Shown here in pieces: positions 1 through 10,629 of a DNA stretch of 64,000 nt. The notes beneath the pieces were generated by a model. It had not been told where the DNA came from, did not search any database, and was given only the letters and a program-made list of their open reading frames with translations. The position numbers and the translations under genes are program-made. The stretch lies in assembly GCA_944325495.1 (NCBI GenBank), contig CALVAD010000007.1, positions 2,738 to 66,737 on the forward strand. The letters are read 5' to 3'. How positions within the stretch are numbered: position 1 is the first letter of the stretch; the number at the start of each line of letters is the position of its first letter. Source of the stretch: an uncultured Bacteroidales bacterium (lineage in GTDB: Bacteria; Bacteroidota; Bacteroidia; Bacteroidales; UBA932).

Positions 1-2
1 TC

Positions 3-338
3 TTCCTGAAGGCCATCCCTCTGATGCCCGTAATCGAAATCATAGGAGTGTTCACCAAGCCGTTCTCCCTGATGATACGACTTTTCGCGAACACCCTCGG
101 CGGACATATCATGATATTGAGCATGGTCGGGCTGATATTCATCTCGGCGAGCATGGGGGCTCTCGTGAACGGCGCGTTCACTTTCGTCGCCCTGCTTCTC
201 GGAGTGTTCCTCGACTGTCTGGAAATCCTCGTGGCGTTCATCCAGGCATATGTGTTCACGCTGCTTTCGGCGGTGTTCATCTCTCTGGCCCATCCGGGGA
301 GCGAGGCCGTCGAGGTCGTACAGGACAGGAAACAATGA
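3..338 (+). CDS. atpB: F0F1 ATP synthase subunit a (5'-truncated by window edge)
   Basis: KPFSLMIRLFAN and LEILVAFIQAYVFTLLS motifs; directly upstream of subunit c. Confidence 0.95.
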   Translation, partial: FLKAIPLMPVIEIIGVFTKPFSLMIRLFANTLGGHIMILSMVGLIFISASMGALVNGAFTFVALLLGVFLDCLEILVAFIQAYVFTLLSAVFISLAHPGSEAVEVVQDRKQ

Positions 339-343
339 TTTAA

Positions 344-601
<258 letters not shown>

Positions 602-607
602 TCCGCC

Positions 608-1114
608 ATGTCTCTCGTAACACCGGATTTCGGCCTTCTTTTCTGGATGGTCATCATCTTCGGAGTCGTGTTCTTCATACTTGCGAAGTTCGGCTTCCCC
701 GTCATCACCGGCATGGTGCGGAAGCGTTCCGACCATATTGAGGAGTCTCTGAAGAAGGCGCAGCAGGCGCAGGAGGCCCTGGAAAACCTGACTCAGGAAG
801 GCAGGAAGATAATCGAGGAGGCGAAGGTCCAGCAGGGCCGCATCCTCAAGGAAGCCACCCGGACCAGAGACCAGATCATAGCGGAGGCCAGGCAGAAGGC
901 CCAGGAGGAAGCCGACAAGATCGTCGAGCATGCCAAGATACAGATAGCCGCGGAGCGCGAGAGCGCGATGCGCGACATCTGCCGCCGGGTGTCGCTGATT
1001 TCCGTCAAGGTGGCGGAGAAGATAGTCAGGAAGGAACTTGACAGCTCCGAACAGCAGCTTGCCCTCATAGACAGGCTGGTGGACGAGTGTGCCAAGAGCG
1101 ATTTGAGAAACTGA
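608..1114 (+). CDS. atpF: ATP synthase F0 subunit b
   Basis: N-terminal TM (PDFGLLFW) followed by charged coiled coil; operon position. Confidence 0.95.
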   Translation: MSLVTPDFGLLFWMVIIFGVVFFILAKFGFPVITGMVRKRSDHIEESLKKAQQAQEALENLTQEGRKIIEEAKVQQGRILKEATRTRDQIIAEARQKAQEEADKIVEHAKIQIAAERESAMRDICRRVSLISVKVAEKIVRKELDSSEQQLALIDRLVDECAKSDLRN

Positions 1115-1121
1115 GCACCGT

Positions 1122-1598
1122 ATGAACACCGGAATCCTGTCTGTCAGATATGCGAAGGCGCTTCTCGAGTATTCCCGGGAAACGGGCAACGCCGACCGGG
1201 TGTACCACCAGGTGAACAATCTGCTCAAGCATCCCGAGATAACCCCCGACAGGCTTGAACCGGAGCTGGAGCGCTTTGTCGCGCTGCTCATCAGGAACCA
1301 CCGCATGGAGGGGCTGCGCTTCATCCTGCGCACCTACCTTCGCATGTATTACGATTCCAAAGGGATAAAGGCAGTGCATCTGACCACCGCCGTCCCCTCG
1401 CAGGAACTCGAGAAGCGGCTCGTGAAGTTGCTCGAGCGCAAGTTCGGCTGCAAGGTCCTGCTGGAGTCCGTGGTCGACCCTTCGCTGATAGGCGGTTTCG
1501 TGATACGGGTCGACGACTACATGCTTGACGCCAGCGTGCGCGGCCGGGTCGAGTCGATACGGCGACAGTTCATAATACAAAACAACAGAATAGTATAA
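1122..1598 (+). CDS. atpH: ATP synthase F1 subunit delta
   Basis: RYAKAL N-terminus and VDPSLIGGF...DASV C-terminal motif. Confidence 0.93.
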   Translation: MNTGILSVRYAKALLEYSRETGNADRVYHQVNNLLKHPEITPDRLEPELERFVALLIRNHRMEGLRFILRTYLRMYYDSKGIKAVHLTTAVPSQELEKRLVKLLERKFGCKVLLESVVDPSLIGGFVIRVDDYMLDASVRGRVESIRRQFIIQNNRIV

Positions 1599-3190
1599 TG
1601 GCGCAGAATCAAATAAAGGCAAGTGAAATTTCGGAGATACTTCTGAACGAGCTCAGGGGTATAGACAATTCGCTGAAATATCAGGAGGTCGGCTCGGTCC
1701 TCATGGTCAGCGACGGCGTGGCCCGCATCTTCGGTCTCGTCAGCGCGGAAGCCGGGGAGCTCCTCGAATTCGACAGCGGAGTCAAGGGCGTGGTCATGAA
1801 CCTGGAGGCCGACAATGTCGGCGCCGTGCTTCTCGGTCCCACCGATCTTGTGAAGGAGGGCATGAAGGTGCGCCGTCTCGGCCGTATCGCCAGCATTCCC
1901 GTGGGCGACGGCCTGCTCGGCAGGGTGGTGGACCCCATCGGCACGCCGCTCGACGGCATGGGGCCGATCAGAGGGGATTCCGTGCGCATGCCGCTCGAAA
2001 GAAAGGCGCCGGGAGTCATCTTCCGCGAGCCTGTGACCCAGCCGCTTCAGACGGGGCTCAAGGCCATAGACGCGATGATTCCCATAGGCCGCGGCCAGCG
2101 TGAGCTGATCATCGGCGACCGCCAGACCGGCAAGACCGCGATAGCCGTCGACACCATCATCAACCAGCGCTCCGAATACCTCAAGGGCAAGCCTGTCTAC
2201 TGCATATATGTCGCAGTCGGCCAGAAAGGTTCCACGGTCGCGTCCATAGTGCAGACCCTGCGTTCGAAGGGAGCCATGGACTATACCGTCGTAGTGGCTT
2301 CCACGGCGTCCGACCCCGCCGCGCTCCAGTATTATGCGCCGTTTGCCGGAGCAGCCATTGGCGAGTATTTCCGCGACACGGGCCGCGACGCCCTCGTGGT
2401 CTACGACGACCTTTCCAAGCAGGCTGTCGCCTACCGCGAAGTCTCGCTGATTCTCCGCCGCCCGTCGGGAAGGGAGGCCTATCCCGGCGATGTGTTCTAC
2501 CTGCACTCCCGTCTGCTCGAGCGTGCCGCGAAGATAATCAGCCAGCAGGAAGTGGCCGAGCAGATGAACGACCTGCCGGAATGCCTGAAAGGCAAGGTGA
2601 AGGCCGGAGGCTCCCTTACCGCCCTGCCTATAATCGAGACCCAGGCTGGCGACGTGTCGGCATACATCCCCACCAATGTGATTTCCATCACCGACGGACA
2701 GATATATCTGGAGTCGTCGCTGTTCAACTCCGGCTTCCGGCCGGCGATCAACGTCGGCATATCGGTTTCCCGCGTCGGAGGCGCCGCCCAGGTGAAGTCG
2801 ATGAAGAAGGTCGCCGGAACCCTCAAGATAGACCAGGCGCAGTATACGGAGCTCGAAGCTTTCACCAAGTTCTCCTCCGATATGGACAAGGTCACGGCGA
2901 TGACTCTGGACAAGGGCCGCAAGAACGAGAAGCTGCTCGTCCAGCCGCAGTACAGCCCGATGCCCGTAGGCGAGCAGGTAGCGATTCTCTATTGCGGCAC
3001 CCGCGCCCTCATGGCCGACATCAGCGTGGATCAGGTCACCGAATTCCAGAAGCTCTTCCTCAACAAGATGAGGGCCGACCATCAGGACGTGCTCGACGCT
3101 CTCGGCGAGGGTAAGGTCGGCGCCGATGCGGAGGAAGTGATAAGGAAGGAGGCTGCATATATCTGCGGAATGCTGGGTTCCAAAGTCTAA
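1598..3190 (+). CDS. atpA: ATP synthase F1 subunit alpha
   Basis: GDRQTGKT Walker A; [22 protein letters not shown]. Confidence 0.98.
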   Translation: MAQNQIKASEISEILLNELRGIDNSLKYQEVGSVLMVSDGVARIFGLVSAEAGELLEFDSGVKGVVMNLEADNVGAVLLGPTDLVKEGMKVRRLGRIASIPVGDGLLGRVVDPIGTPLDGMGPIRGDSVRMPLERKAPGVIFREPVTQPLQTGLKAIDAMIPIGRGQRELIIGDRQTGKTAIAVDTIINQRSEYLKGKPVYCIYVAVGQKGSTVASIVQTLRSKGAMDYTVVVASTASDPAALQYYAPFAGAAIGEYFRDTGRDALVVYDDLSKQAVAYREVSLILRRPSGREAYPGDVFYLHSRLLERAAKIISQQEVAEQMNDLPECLKGKVKAGGSLTALPIIETQAGDVSAYIPTNVISITDGQIYLESSLFNSGFRPAINVGISVSRVGGAAQVKSMKKVAGTLKIDQAQYTELEAFTKFSSDMDKVTAMTLDKGRKNEKLLVQPQYSPMPVGEQVAILYCGTRALMADISVDQVTEFQKLFLNKMRADHQDVLDALGEGKVGADAEEVIRKEAAYICGMLGSKV

Positions 3191-3202
3191 AACGGAGGTG
3201 TC

Positions 3203-4057
3203 GTGTCTGCGCTGAATGAAATAAAGGAGAGGATAGGCTCCGTAAGGAGCACGCTGAAGATCACTTCGGCGATGAAGCTCGTCGCATCGTCCAAGCTGCA
3301 CAAGGCCGAGATGGCCATTGAGGCGGTCAGGCCGTATGAGCGCACCCTGGAGGACATCCTGTCGGTCATCGACAGCTACCGTTCGGACGAGGATGCGGCG
3401 CCCAAGTCGGCGGATGCGCCCGTTGCCGTGGTCGCGATTGCGTCCAACAGCTCGCTCTGCGGCGCTTTCAACTCGAACGTGATCCGTAAGGCCCTCGAGG
3501 TCTGCGGAGAATGTTCCGCGGTCAGGGTGTTCCCCATAGGCCGCAGGATGGCGGAGGCCATGAACAAGGCCGGCTATGCCGCCGAAGCCGACTACAGCGA
3601 GATAATAGGAAAGCCGGACTATTACAGGAGCAGGACGCTGGTGCGCGAGCTGCGCAGACGCTTCGCCGCCGGGGAGTTCTCCAGGGTGGTCCTGGTCTAC
3701 AACAGGTATGTGTCTTCCTCGTCGCAGGTGCCGGTGGTGGAGCCGTATCTGCCATACGAGAAGATTTCGGACAAATTCAGCGAGGAGCAGAAGGCTCTGA
3801 ACGAGGACTTCATCTTCGAGCCCGACCCCGCCACGCTGGCCGCGAGGCTGATTCCCTATCTGCTGGCGATGAAGTTCCATGCCGCCGTGCTGGATTCCGC
3901 GGCGGCCGAGCATGCCGCGAGGACCGTAGCCATGCAGACGGCCTCCGAGAATGCCGAGCGTCTGCTTTTGGAATTGACCCTGGAATACAACAAGGGCCGT
4001 CAGGAGAAGATCACCTCCGAGATTCTCGATCTGGAGAGCGGCGAGGGCGGAGCATAG
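3203..4057 (+). CDS. atpG: ATP synthase F1 subunit gamma (GTG start)
   Basis: KITSAMKLVA, LCGAFN, YNKGRQEKITSEI motifs. Confidence 0.96.
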   Translation: MSALNEIKERIGSVRSTLKITSAMKLVASSKLHKAEMAIEAVRPYERTLEDILSVIDSYRSDEDAAPKSADAPVAVVAIASNSSLCGAFNSNVIRKALEVCGECSAVRVFPIGRRMAEAMNKAGYAAEADYSEIIGKPDYYRSRTLVRELRRRFAAGEFSRVVLVYNRYVSSSSQVPVVEPYLPYEKISDKFSEEQKALNEDFIFEPDPATLAARLIPYLLAMKFHAAVLDSAAAEHAARTVAMQTASENAERLLLELTLEYNKGRQEKITSEILDLESGEGGA

Positions 4058-4067
4058 TCTTACGGTC

Positions 4068-4138
4068 GGACTTCCGCCGCCGAGCCCCGGAGATTTCCGT
4101 AATTCGGGCGGACTTCTCGTAAATATATAGGACTTCCG
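4068..4138. repeat. Four degenerate GGACTTCCG direct repeats at ~20-bp spacing
   Basis: GGACTTCCG 4068, AGATTTCCG 4091, GGACTTCTC 4110, GGACTTCCG 4130. Confidence 0.45.
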
Positions 4139-4180
4139 GAATAATTTCGCCATTGAAAATCACAAAAACATCAATCAAAA

Positions 4181-4780
4181 ATGGCGACTTATGCATATAT
4201 CAGGGTCAGCACGCAGGCGCAGACGCTTGAAAACCAGAAATTTGAAATAGCACAATGGTGCAGCCGCAACATGCTGGAAGTGGATTTCTGGATCACGGAG
4301 ACGGTTTCGGGCACGGTGAGCTGGGAGAAGCGCAAGCTCGGACGCCTCGTGCGCAGGATGAAGAAGACCGACATGCTCGTGTGCACGGAGATATCGCGCC
4401 TGGGCCGCAACATGCTGATGATAATGTCGGTGCTGAACGCCTGCACCCAGAAAGGGGTGCGCATCCGGACGATCAAGGACAATTTCGACCTCTCGGACAG
4501 CATAAATTCGAAGATAATAGCTTTCGCCTTCGCGCTGGCCGCGGAAATCGAAAGGAACCTGATCTCGCAGCGCACGAAGGAGGCTCTTGCTGCCAGAAAG
4601 CAGGCCGGAATGCATCTCGGCCGTCCTCAGGGACACGGCGTGAAAGTCTTACGGGTCAAGAATGACATTCCGAAGATCAGCATGATGCTCGCGGAAGGTG
4701 CCAGCAAGTCATCGGTCGCGCGGATTTATAAGGTTCACAGGAACACGTTGAGCAAATGCCTGAAAATGCAGAATCGCTGA
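4181..4780 (+). CDS. Serine recombinase, resolvase/invertase class, resembling the Bacteroides Mpi master DNA invertase family
   Basis: YIRVST catalytic motif, EISRLGR, AEIERNLISQRTKEAL, LGRP, C-terminal HTH (KSSVARIYKVHRNTL). Confidence 0.9.
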   Translation: MATYAYIRVSTQAQTLENQKFEIAQWCSRNMLEVDFWITETVSGTVSWEKRKLGRLVRRMKKTDMLVCTEISRLGRNMLMIMSVLNACTQKGVRIRTIKDNFDLSDSINSKIIAFAFALAAEIERNLISQRTKEALAARKQAGMHLGRPQGHGVKVLRVKNDIPKISMMLAEGASKSSVARIYKVHRNTLSKCLKMQNR

Positions 4781-4906
4781 TTCTTCGCATTATTCATGCT
4801 GATTTGCTTCCGATTTTAAACTTTTAGGACTGGAAATGAAGCTGATTGTAAACGACAGCGAGGGTATATCTTTTAATTCCATTTTCAAGTAGCTGAAAGT
4901 CAATAG

Positions 4907-4945
4907 ATGCAAGACTTGCATTTTTGAAATTAATTAATAATTTTG
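4907..4945 (+). promoter_or_regulatory. Bacteroidota sigma-A promoter for susC with overlapping palindrome
   Basis: TTG 4916-4918, 19-bp spacer, TAATTTTG 4938-4945; perfect 7-1-7 palindrome ATGCAAGACTTGCAT 4907-4921. Confidence 0.6.
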
Positions 4946-5045
4946 CACAGAATTTACTTATGAAAACGCCCGTTTTAAAGTGCGGGTCTTTTTGTCGGTT
5001 TACGAGTGTAGTTAGTATAATGTTTAATTAATGCAACAATTGCTT

Positions 5046-8027
5046 ATGAAAAAAGCGAAACTTTTGTTCGCAGCCTTGGCGTCCTTCGCTTTCGCGGCTT
5101 TCGCGACTGCGCAGAACGTCGATGTGTACGGCGTGGTTTCAGATTCTGAAACCGGAGAGCCGATCATGGGCGCAATCGTTCAGCTTCAGGGCGACTCACA
5201 GCAGTATTCCATGACTGACCTCAATGGAAACTACTCCCTCTCGGCTGTTCCTTCAGACGGCGTCCTTTCGGTATCGATTCTTGGTTATGAAAGCATGGAC
5301 GTGAGAGTTGCGGGACGCACCCGCGTGGACATCGTCCTCGCACCTGACGTGGAAATGCTCACCGACGCCATCGTGCTTGGCTACGGTTCCGCCAAGAAGA
5401 TCTCCTCAATCACCGGTTCTGCGACCACGGTCAATGCGAAAGTGCTGCAGAATGCGCCCACCGCGAATGTGGGCGACGCACTTCAGGGACAGATCGCCGG
5501 ACTTCAGGTATGGTCCAACTCCGGCGAGCCCAGCGAGACCGTCTCGATGCGAATCCGAGGCGTGAACTCCATCAACGCCGGCACCGAGCCCCTGTATGTG
5601 CTCGACGGCAGCCCCGTCCCCGCGACGATTTTCAATGTTCTGAGTTCCAACGATATCGAGAACATCACCGTGATGAAGGACGCGTCCGCGACCTCTATCT
5701 ATGGTTCCCGTGCGGCCAACGGCGTCGTATTCATCACCACCAAGCAGGGCTACCGCGCCGAGAAGCCGACTCTCGTAGTGCGCGGCCAGTACGGCGTATC
5801 CCAGACCGTAAGGCATCAGATTCCCCTGATGACCTCCGAGCAGTGGTTCGACTTCAACACGATGATCGACCCCTCGTTCATGACCGCCGAGCGTCAGGCC
5901 CAGAAGGACTTCGCTCTCAAGTACAATATCAACACCAACTGGTTCGACTATTTCTTCCAGGAGAACGCCCCCACCTGGCAGGCTGACATCGCCTACAGCG
6001 GAGGCACCGAGACCACCGACTACTATGTATCCGTCGGCGCCCTCAGGCAGGAAGGCAACGCTCCTAACTCCGACATGTCCAGGGTTTCGATGCTGAGCAA
6101 GCTCAACACCCAGGTCACCGACTGGTTCAAGGCCGGATTCAGCCTGAACCTCTCCTATCAGGATGTGAACGCCACCGGATTCGGCACCTCAGGCGAGAGG
6201 AACAGCATCTACAACCCCATGTTCATGTCATCGCAGATGCTGCCTTGGGTTCTTCCCTATGAATATACGGAGAATCCCGACGGCACCCTGACCCTCGGAG
6301 AGGACAGGACCTACTTCGACGAGATGAACATGTACAACACCCTCTATCTCCAGGAGCTCCAGCCCCGCACCGAGACCTACGCCCGCATCAGCGGCAACAT
6401 CTACGAGCAGCTCACTCCGGTCAAGGGCCTTATCCTGAAGGCTGTGCAGGCCCTCAACGGCTATGACCTCAGGTACTCCGCCAAGGCGTCTCCCGAGGGA
6501 CCTTTCGACGGAGCCGGAATTGCCGCCGAGCAGTTCGGAAGATACTATCAGATAACGCTCACCAACACTGCCGAGTATACGGTTGACTTCCTCGAGAACC
6601 ACAACCTCACTTTCCTGCTCGGCCAGGAGGCCATCATGAACAGGTCCGAGGGCTTCGCGGTGGATGTCGAAGGAATAACCGACCCCCGTCTGCCCGAGAT
6701 CTCCGACGGTACGCAGACCAACTCTCCTTCGAGGTCGCAGTCCGACGAGACCTTCAACTCGTTCTTCGCCCGTGTCAGCTACAACTACAAAGACACCTAT
6801 CTGCTCGACGCGTCTTTCCGTCGTGACGGTTCGTCCCTGTTCGGAAGGAACAAGCGCTGGGCCAACTTCTGGTCCATAGGCGGAAGATGGAACCTCATGA
6901 ACGAGGAGTTCCTCAGCGATGTGGACTGGATCAACACGCTGTCCCTCAAGGCCAGCTACGGAACCACCGGTAACTCCAGCATCGGCAACTATCTCGCCTT
7001 CGGCGTGGTAGGCTCCTACGGCCAGCCCTACGACGGCAACCCCGCATGGGGACTCGGACAGTCCGGCAACGATGACCTGACCTGGGAAGTCGTGGAGAGC
7101 CTCAACCTCGGCGTGTCGGCCCGCTTCTTCGGAAGCCTCGGCGTCGACGTCGACTTCTACAACAAGGTGACCAGCGACATGCTCATGGAGATTCCCTACT
7201 CCCTGACCACCGGACAGAGCGGCGGATGGGGCAACATCGCCAGCATGCTCAACCGCGGTGTGGACTTCGAGCTCTCGTTCGACGTTCCGATGCCCAGGGA
7301 CTTCTACCTGAACATCTCCGCCAACTTCAACTACAACTACAACGAGATCCTCTCCCTGTTCGACGGCCGCGACTACTTCGAGTATCCCGGCACCGGACTG
7401 AGGCTTGAGGTGGGCAAGCCCTACGGCGAATTCTACTATCCCCTCAGCGCGGGAGTCGATCCCCGCGACGGCATGCAGATGTGGTACGACCAGGACGGCA
7501 ACAAGACCAAGGTGTTCTCCGACGACTACGCCCAGTTCACCGGCAAGCAGCAGTTCGCCCCCTGGGCCGGAGGTTTCAACTTCACCTTCGCGTGGAAGGG
7601 CCTCTCAGTCGGAGCGCAGTTCTCCTGGGTTGCCGACAAGTGGACCATCAACAACGACCGCTACTTCCTGACGAACCCGACCTTCGCCACGTCTTCCAAC
7701 ATGGCCGCCGAGCTTCTCAACGCATGGACGACTCCCGGCCAGATCACGAACGTGCCTTCGGTCGAGTCTCCGAGACATTTCGACGACACCCTGCTCGAGG
7801 ATTCATCCTTCATGAGGCTGAAGAACCTTCAGATCTCCTACACCCTTCCCAACGAATGGATGCAGAGGACAGGTTTCCTTGGAAGCGTGAGAGTCTTCGC
7901 GATAGGGCGCAACCTCCTTACCTTCACCAAGTACACCGGTTTCGACCCTGAGTACGAAGGCAACCTCCAGCTCGGACGCTATCCTAACTCCAAGCAGTAC
8001 ACCTTCGGTGTGGAAATAACATTTTAA
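5046..8027 (+). CDS. SusC/RagA family TonB-dependent outer membrane transporter (alternative start 5031)
   Basis: Signal peptide, plug motif KDASATSIYGSRAANGVVFITTK, C-terminal Phe (GVEITF). Confidence 0.96.
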   Translation: MKKAKLLFAALASFAFAAFATAQNVDVYGVVSDSETGEPIMGAIVQLQGDSQQYSMTDLNGNYSLSAVPSDGVLSVSILGYESMDVRVAGRTRVDIVLAPDVEMLTDAIVLGYGSAKKISSITGSATTVNAKVLQNAPTANVGDALQGQIAGLQVWSNSGEPSETVSMRIRGVNSINAGTEPLYVLDGSPVPATIFNVLSSNDIENITVMKDASATSIYGSRAANGVVFITTKQGYRAEKPTLVVRGQYGVSQTVRHQIPLMTSEQWFDFNTMIDPSFMTAERQAQKDFALKYNINTNWFDYFFQENAPTWQADIAYSGGTETTDYYVSVGALRQEGNAPNSDMSRVSMLSKLNTQVTDWFKAGFSLNLSYQDVNATGFGTSGERNSIYNPMFMSSQMLPWVLPYEYTENPDGTLTLGEDRTYFDEMNMYNTLYLQELQPRTETYARISGNIYEQLTPVKGLILKAVQALNGYDLRYSAKASPEGPFDGAGIAAEQFGRYYQITLTNTAEYTVDFLENHNLTFLLGQEAIMNRSEGFAVDVEGITDPRLPEISDGTQTNSPSRSQSDETFNSFFARVSYNYKDTYLLDASFRRDGSSLFGRNKRWANFWSIGGRWNLMNEEFLSDVDWINTLSLKASYGTTGNSSIGNYLAFGVVGSYGQPYDGNPAWGLGQSGNDDLTWEVVESLNLGVSARFFGSLGVDVDFYNKVTSDMLMEIPYSLTTGQSGGWGNIASMLNRGVDFELSFDVPMPRDFYLNISANFNYNYNEILSLFDGRDYFEYPGTGLRLEVGKPYGEFYYPLSAGVDPRDGMQMWYDQDGNKTKVFSDDYAQFTGKQQFAPWAGGFNFTFAWKGLSVGAQFSWVADKWTINNDRYFLTNPTFATSSNMAAELLNAWTTPGQITNVPSVESPRHFDDTLLEDSSFMRLKNLQISYTLPNEWMQRTGFLGSVRVFAIGRNLLTFTKYTGFDPEYEGNLQLGRYPNSKQYTFGVEITF

Positions 8028-8039
8028 TCAGGTACGACT

Positions 8040-9617
8040 ATGAAACATATATTGACGAAAATAGCTTTCGGCGCGGCACTGGTTCTCGGAGCCTCCTCCT
8101 GCAACATGGAGCTCCGTCCGTATAGCGTGATAGATCCGGACAATGCTCTCGAGACCTATGAGGACGCGCAGAATCTTGCCAACGGCTTCAATGTCCAGAT
8201 CAGGTCCCTCGCTTCGGGAGCGCTGATATACTCTCCCGAACTCCAGTCCGACCTCTTCCACGCCGTACAGGATTTCGGCAACAGGGGAGGCACCCTGTAC
8301 CGCTGGGAGTTCACTGCCAGCGAGGGCATCTTCGAATCCGCCTTCGGTGCATGCTACTCCGCTATAGGCAGCGCCAACTACTTCCTTGAGAAGGCGAACG
8401 GCATCTTCGACAGGGTCGAGAGCGACGCCGCGTTCGCGGAGACCTGGACCGACGAGGAGCTCGACCTGCTCCGCGGCCACATGTCCGAGGCCTATTTCCT
8501 CAAGGCATACGCCTATTCCATCCTCGTGGACAAGTTCTGCCCCGCATACGATTCCGAGACTGCGGACGACGATGACACCGGAATTCCCATCGTGGATGTC
8601 TACAACCCCACCCCCGACAAGTCCACCTATCCCGGCAGGGCCACCCTCGAGGAGTCATTCGACGAGATCTACGAGAACCTTAACGCCGCGGAAGAGTTCA
8701 TCGGCAATGTGCATCAGCCCGCCGCCGGCTCCAATTACATCACCGTCGACGCGGTGTACGCCCTCAGGGCACGCGTGGCTCTCATGAGGCAGGACTATGA
8801 TATCGCCATTAGGGAGACCCAGAAGCTCATCGGCGCCAGTTCGTCTCACACCTACAGTCTCCAGAGCGGAGAGAAGGCGCTGGAGAATCTGTGGGTCAAC
8901 GACTCCCAGCCCAAGGAGGTGATTCTCCAGTGCTTCGCCAGCAAGCCCGACGAGCTGCCCTCAAGTAGCAACTACGGCTACATAGGATATAATGTCAACC
9001 TTGACCAGTACACTCCGGACTTCGTGCCCGAGCAGAGTTTCATCGACCTCTTTACCGAGAGCGACTACCGCAAGGCCGTCTACTTCGACCAGCAGCGTCT
9101 GACCTTCTCCACCGGCGAGACCGAGCCTCTGCTGATATTCAACAAGTTCCCCGGCAACCCGTCTCTCTCCGTGAGCGACAAGGTCAAGAATTACTGCAAC
9201 GCTCCCAAGCCGTTCCGTATAGCGGAGATCTACCTGATAGCCGCGGAAGCTTATTATTACATGAACTTGTACAAGCAGTCTGCGGAGATGATCAATACTC
9301 TCAAGAGCAGCCGTATCGCCAATTATGTGGATCCGGGTCTCGCCGGCCGTCCCGACGAGCTGCTCCAGCAGATCAAGGAGGAGCGTATCCGCGAGCTGGC
9401 GGGCGAAGGCTTCCGTATCAGCGACCTCAAGCGCTACGGCGATGGCATGCAGCGCGGCGAGCCTCAGGAGACCAGCATAGTCTCAAGGGTGCCTTCCGAG
9501 GAGCTCACCGTATCTCTGAACGTGGAGGCCGGCAACTACAGGTTCGTATGGGCCATCCCTCAGGTGGAGATCGACGCCAATCCCCAGATCAAACAGAATA
9601 AAGGTTATACCAATTAA
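8040..9617 (+). CDS. SusD/RagB family lipoprotein
   Basis: Lipobox (ASSC), FRIAEIYLIAAEA, ERIRELAGEGFRISDLKR, WAIPQVE..ANP..QN. Confidence 0.95.
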   Translation: MKHILTKIAFGAALVLGASSCNMELRPYSVIDPDNALETYEDAQNLANGFNVQIRSLASGALIYSPELQSDLFHAVQDFGNRGGTLYRWEFTASEGIFESAFGACYSAIGSANYFLEKANGIFDRVESDAAFAETWTDEELDLLRGHMSEAYFLKAYAYSILVDKFCPAYDSETADDDDTGIPIVDVYNPTPDKSTYPGRATLEESFDEIYENLNAAEEFIGNVHQPAAGSNYITVDAVYALRARVALMRQDYDIAIRETQKLIGASSSHTYSLQSGEKALENLWVNDSQPKEVILQCFASKPDELPSSSNYGYIGYNVNLDQYTPDFVPEQSFIDLFTESDYRKAVYFDQQRLTFSTGETEPLLIFNKFPGNPSLSVSDKVKNYCNAPKPFRIAEIYLIAAEAYYYMNLYKQSAEMINTLKSSRIANYVDPGLAGRPDELLQQIKEERIRELAGEGFRISDLKRYGDGMQRGEPQETSIVSRVPSEELTVSLNVEAGNYRFVWAIPQVEIDANPQIKQNKGYTN

Positions 9618-9622
9618 TCAGC

Positions 9623-10561
9623 ATGAATATGAAACTCAATAAGACAGCGATATTCGGCTGCATGGCTGCAATGGCTCTTGCATCCTGCCAGGAGACCCCG
9701 GTGACTCCCACCGGTGATGCCGTGGTGGGCTTCGAGTCCGCGACGGTCGAGGCCGGAATGGGTTCAAGCTACATCCATATCCCCATCGTGACCACTGGAG
9801 AGTCTTCCGTCTATCCCATCAAGGTCTATATCGAGGACAGCGGATATACCGGAATGAACGCCGCCCGTGAAGGCATTGACTACATACTCACCTCGAATGA
9901 AATTCTCATCGCCTCTCCCGAGAGCACTCCCTCCGTGGAGGTGAGCCTGCTGACCGTTGAGGATTTCAACGAGCTGAACTTCGAGCTCGTGATAGCCGAT
10001 CAGGAGAACGCCCAGGGCATAGGGCTGGACAGGGTCAGCGTGCACTGCACCAAGAGCGAGCTTGACAAGATCTGCGGAAGGTGGAATGTCGTGGGTGAGA
10101 AACTCGAGGATCCTGACACCGGAGAGATGTCGGAATACAGCGAGATATGGACCATCAGCAACAACGGCGGAAGACCCGTAATCACCGGAATGCTCGGCTA
10201 CACCGACGCGGAGATCACCGGATACTTCAACGAGGAAGAGAGGACGCTGACTTTCTATATGGGCGAAGGCTGCGACATGTTCACCGAGGTGGAGGATCTC
10301 ACACTGACCGACGGCACCGTGATAGAATCGGCTTATGTCGGACCCTGTCTCCTCAACAAGACATTCACGACTCTGCAGGCGTCATTCACGCTTGTAGGAA
10401 CCGTCAACGAGGACGCCACCCGGATAGTATGGGACATCCAGAACAATTTCGGTATCGCTCTGCTTCTGTTCTCGCACGACGACTACAAGACCGTGCTTAA
10501 AGGTGGTGTCATAATGGACAAGCCCGTATTCATCGACAACAACACAATCACCAAGCGATAA
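9623..10561 (+). CDS. Surface lipoprotein of unknown function (SusE-position accessory)
   Basis: Lipobox LASC; beta-rich; 5 bp after susD. Confidence 0.8.
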   Translation: MNMKLNKTAIFGCMAAMALASCQETPVTPTGDAVVGFESATVEAGMGSSYIHIPIVTTGESSVYPIKVYIEDSGYTGMNAAREGIDYILTSNEILIASPESTPSVEVSLLTVEDFNELNFELVIADQENAQGIGLDRVSVHCTKSELDKICGRWNVVGEKLEDPDTGEMSEYSEIWTISNNGGRPVITGMLGYTDAEITGYFNEEERTLTFYMGEGCDMFTEVEDLTLTDGTVIESAYVGPCLLNKTFTTLQASFTLVGTVNEDATRIVWDIQNNFGIALLLFSHDDYKTVLKGGVIMDKPVFIDNNTITKR

Positions 10562-10584
10562 GCCGGTTTCCGGCTATGACAGTC

Positions 10585-10616
10585 AAGAGAGGAGAGAGCA
10601 ATGTCTCCTCTCTTTT
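10585..10616 (+). terminator. Probable intrinsic terminator
   Basis: AAGAGAGGAGA / TCTCCTCTCTT 11-bp stem followed by Ts. Confidence 0.6.
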
Positions 10617-10629
10617 CAAGTTGAAAGGA

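Noticed and set aside
3194-3205. GGAGGTG Shine-Dalgarno-like site before the atpG GTG in a phylum that mostly avoids SD
   Set aside because: Single instance in GC-rich DNA; cannot be separated from chance.
1517-4153. Long antisense ORFs (878 aa here; also 16253-18559, 20998-24003, 26786-29266, 59355-61664)
   Set aside because: Shadows of well-supported genes caused by high GC3; no recognisable motifs.
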